A stretch of DNA of 63,695 bases, counting the filler, from Octopus bimaculoides (taxonomy: Eukaryota), in assembly GCF_001194135.2 (NCBI RefSeq). It is 8 parts of 7 records of this genome, joined end to end, with 100 filler letters (N's around TTAATTAATTAA, not from the genome) between each part and the next. Parts side by side here need not be neighbours in the genome. Positions count along the whole stretch, not along the records: positions 58,126 to 62,537 come from NC_069005.1; positions 62,638 to 63,695 come from NC_068982.1; 6 more parts are not named here. The stretch is one strand, 5' to 3'. Under the pieces are notes generated by a model, which was not told where the DNA came from, did not search any database, and worked only from the letters and a program-made list of their open reading frames with translations. Shown one piece after another: positions 60,878-63,695 of the stretch. Made by a program: the position numbers and the translations under genes. Numbering within the stretch: the first letter of the stretch is position 1; every line of letters begins with the position of its first letter.

Positions 60878-62465
60878 TATGTATGTATGTATGTATTTAT
60901 GCGTCTGTATTTGTCCCTCCACCCACCACCACCACCACCACCACCATTATCGCTTGACAACCGACTAAAGGCGGTGCTCCAGCATGGCCGCAGTCAAATG
61001 ACTGAAACAAGTAAAAGAATAAAAGAAAAATGATTTTTATAATTTTTTATATATTTGTTATATTTTCCATTATTTTTTTCTTCTAATTTTTGCTTTGTCT
61101 GCACATGCATGTGCACGCGCACTGTGTGTGCATGCGTGTCTGTATGTGTGCGTTGTTGTTGTTGTTCTTCTTCTTCTTCTTCTTCTTCTTGTTCATGTTG
61201 TCGTTGCTAAGATTAAACATTCTCAATTTCCTGAAAGCTTCAAAAACGAATAAAGCATGAATTGGTTGACGAGAGGGAAATAAAATACGAAAAAAAAACA
61301 AAAACAAAAACTAGAATGAAGTGGAGGAAGAGGAGAAGGAGGAGGGGTGCAGAGGAGGGTTAAACAGGGTCACGAGTACTTGACAATAATAAAAAAAAAA
61401 ATTAAATAATCAAACATTGGAACACCATCAGGAAAAAAATTCCCATAGAATATGCAAGATTGCTAATTGATGTTAAATGTTCACTGCTTCAACTCCGATT
61501 CTAAATTATAAATGTATACATTATATATACATTATATATACATATACATACATACATATNNNNNNNNNNNNNNNNNNNNNNNNNNNNNNNNNNNNNNNNN
61601 NNNNNNNNNNNNNNNNNNNNNNNNNNNNNNNNNNNNNNNNNNNNNNNNNNNNNNNNNNNTACGTTCCCGTAACTTAGCAGTTCGACAAAAGAGACAGATA
61701 GAATAAGTACTAGGCTCGATTTGTTCGACTAAAGGCAGTGTTCCAGCATGGCCGCAGTCAAGTGACTGAAATAAGTAAAAGAATAAAAGAATATACAGAT
61801 GTGTTTGTGTCTATGATTGTTCCCCTATCATTGCTTGACAACCGGTGTTGGTGTGTTTGCATCACCATAACTTAGCGGTTCGGCGAAACAAAACGATAGA
61901 ATAAGTATCAGGCCTTTTTTCAACGGCTTGATACTTATTCTATCTTTTTCAAAACCTGACTGGGGTCGATCCATTCTACTAAAATCTCAAGGCGGCGCTC
62001 CAGCCTGGCCACAGTCTAATGACAAGTAAAAACAATGAAAATATAAAAATAAATAAACGGTAATGACATTTGAAAAAAAATATGTCTGTCATTCCATTTG
62101 GAATTGGCACCACTAAAATCATTGACAACATTCCTCTAAGGCCATTGACAAATTCCTCCCAACGCTAGGAATGGCCACGGCTTGCAATGCAGAGTGCTAT
62201 TGACATTCTCAGGACATTAACACTGTTCACTGGTCAACCTTCAATATTTCTACAGAATTCTATTATACCTTTATTCTGTTATTCATTTAACGTATTATAG
62301 ATTTAGTGACTGTGTGGAAGGAAGTTTGTTTCCCAGCCACATGGTTCCAGATTCGGTTCCACTGTGTGGCACCTTGGACAAGTGACTTCTTCTACCATAG
62401 CTTCGGGCTGACCAAAGCCTCGTGAGAGGGTCTGGTAGACGGAAACTAAAAGAAGCCCGTCGTGT
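60677..62465. mobile_element. Family A SINE copies (60677-61025 +, 61660-62030 +, 62310-62465 -)
   Basis: Same head, core and tail motifs as 25691-26100. Confidence 0.85.
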
Positions 62466-62505
62466 ATATAGTTATTATAGTCCATTGTTGTGCCATTCAA
62501 AACAC

Positions 62506-62537
<32 letters not shown>

Positions 62538-62654
62538 NNNNNNNNNNNNNNNNNNNNNNNNNNNNNNNNNNNNNNNNNNNNTTAATTAATTAANNNNNNN
62601 NNNNNNNNNNNNNNNNNNNNNNNNNNNNNNNNNNNNNTATATATACATATATAA

Positions 62655-63295
62655 ACTTAGATATGTTTCGACCAAAGATTGGTCCAGGCCATGTCTAACT
62701 TAATAGCATCACCTGATAGGATTATCTAAATCCTTTTTAAGTCAAGTTTTGTTTATGGTCCATTCAAGTAGTGAGTTGTATCCAGGTATGGGTGGCTTAT
62801 CTGGTATTCCTTGAAGAAATCTGTCTAGACTCCTGATAGGATCCTTTTCCTCTTTCATCTCTTTTGGGACAATGTTAAACAGGGCAGGGCCTGTTGAGGA
62901 AAAGAAATTATGCCGCAGTGTACTTATATGTTGTGATCCTGAATTGGGCAGGGGAGGTATGGCCCGTGGTCCCAGCCTTAGATGAACCTTGAAACTAATA
63001 TTCAGGTTGTTTGGGCAATGCTGGCGGTATATTTTCCACATCGTACAGATGATGTACTGCTTGCGGTAGTGCTGGGGAGAGTAGGGCTTTAAGGCAGTCC
63101 CAGTAATTGAGATCAGTCATGCCTTCAATTCATTTAGTGAGTGCCCTCTGGGGTGATTCAATCCTCGAGATGTTTTGTTTTGTATGGGGAGACAAGGGGC
63201 AGCAGTATTCGAGGTATGGCCGTACAAAGGAGGAGAAAAGTGGAATGACGACACCTTGTATTCTGGACCGGAAGGTTCTTAAGATCCAGGAGCTC
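62655..63295 (-). mobile_element. CR1-clade LINE 3' fragment
   Basis: WILRTFRSR..VIPLFSSFVRPYLEYCCPL.PH..NISRIESPQRALTK*IEGMTDLNYWDCLKAL...MWKIYRQHCPN...FFSSTGPALFNIVP...LDRFLQGIPDKP. CR1-type VRP.LEY and GP.LFN.LP motifs. Confidence 0.85.
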
Positions 63296-63519
63296 ATCCT
63301 ACAAGCTAATATATATATGTTATATATATGTATGTATGTATATATGTATGTATGCCTGTATATATGTGAGATAAGTTTCGCTTTAATAGTTTCAGTATTA
63401 AAGTGAAACTATCAAAGTGAAAATACCTGACATTACAATGCAGAGATGTTATTGTTTTACTTTTGACATGTAATACTGAAATAGTGGAGATTTGATATTG
63501 CTCTGGGCTTGCACTAGGC

Positions 63520-63690
63520 AAGAAGTTAAAAAATTTTTTGGCCTATGACACTACATGGACCCTAAGTAAGGCATGTGTAAAATTTGAATGAAATTGGTTG
63601 TGTAGTTCTCAAGTTTTAGGGATTCACACATACATACATACAGACAGACAGACAGACACACATTCTCATCTTTATATATAGAGATATATA
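63520..63690 (+). mobile_element. Helentron/HINE (DINE-1-like) terminal region
   Basis: gtgtaaaatttgaatgaaattggttgtgtagttctcaagttttagggattcacaca(taca)n(caga)n cacattctcatctttatatatagagat. The architecture matches recalled insect HINE ends. A possible 5'-type end (tactagcag..cccagtttcacacgg) lies at about 785-825. Confidence 0.5.
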
Positions 63691-63695
63691 TGTAT

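Noticed and set aside
62657-62698. Third hammerhead (TTAGA...GACCAA-TCT-TTGGTC-GAAAC-ATA-TCTAA on minus)
   Set aside because: Stems and GAAA are present, but CUGANGA is replaced by CATGGCCTG. More simply a CR1 3' stem-loop.

Overview
AT-rich, microsatellite-saturated eukaryotic scaffold segment from a draft assembly with many N gaps. It is most likely a coleoid cephalopod (Octopus), an inference from recalled repeat families and SSR load. I found no intact host protein-coding gene, rRNA, true tRNA or CRISPR array. Nearly all ORFs in the track are SSR or N-gap artefacts, and the few protein-like ones are decayed retroelements. The window contains: (i) dozens of tRNA-derived SINE copies from several modular families (A, B, C, E and F are my own working labels); (ii) fragments of R4/Dong-type RLE retrotransposons joined to (TAA)n, HERO-like RLE elements, RTE and CR1 LINEs; (iii) a hAT-type element with an 8-bp TSD enclosing about 1.6 kb of nested cargo, MITE pieces and a Helentron/HINE-like end; (iv) 18-, 27-, 31- and 41-bp tandem arrays and several microsatellite-centred inverted repeats. 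The best leads are two minimal hammerhead-ribozyme motifs. One is intact at 57877-57913. The other is slightly mutated and lies inside a tRNA-headed SINE at 37878-37925, suggesting a Pol III SINE/retrozyme chimera. Other leads are (TAA)n-targeting R4/Dong insertions, a diverged 31-bp phased array, and a CpG-decayed 18-27 kb contig. Family names rest on recalled protein and RNA motifs, not database searches. Repeat boundaries are approximate.
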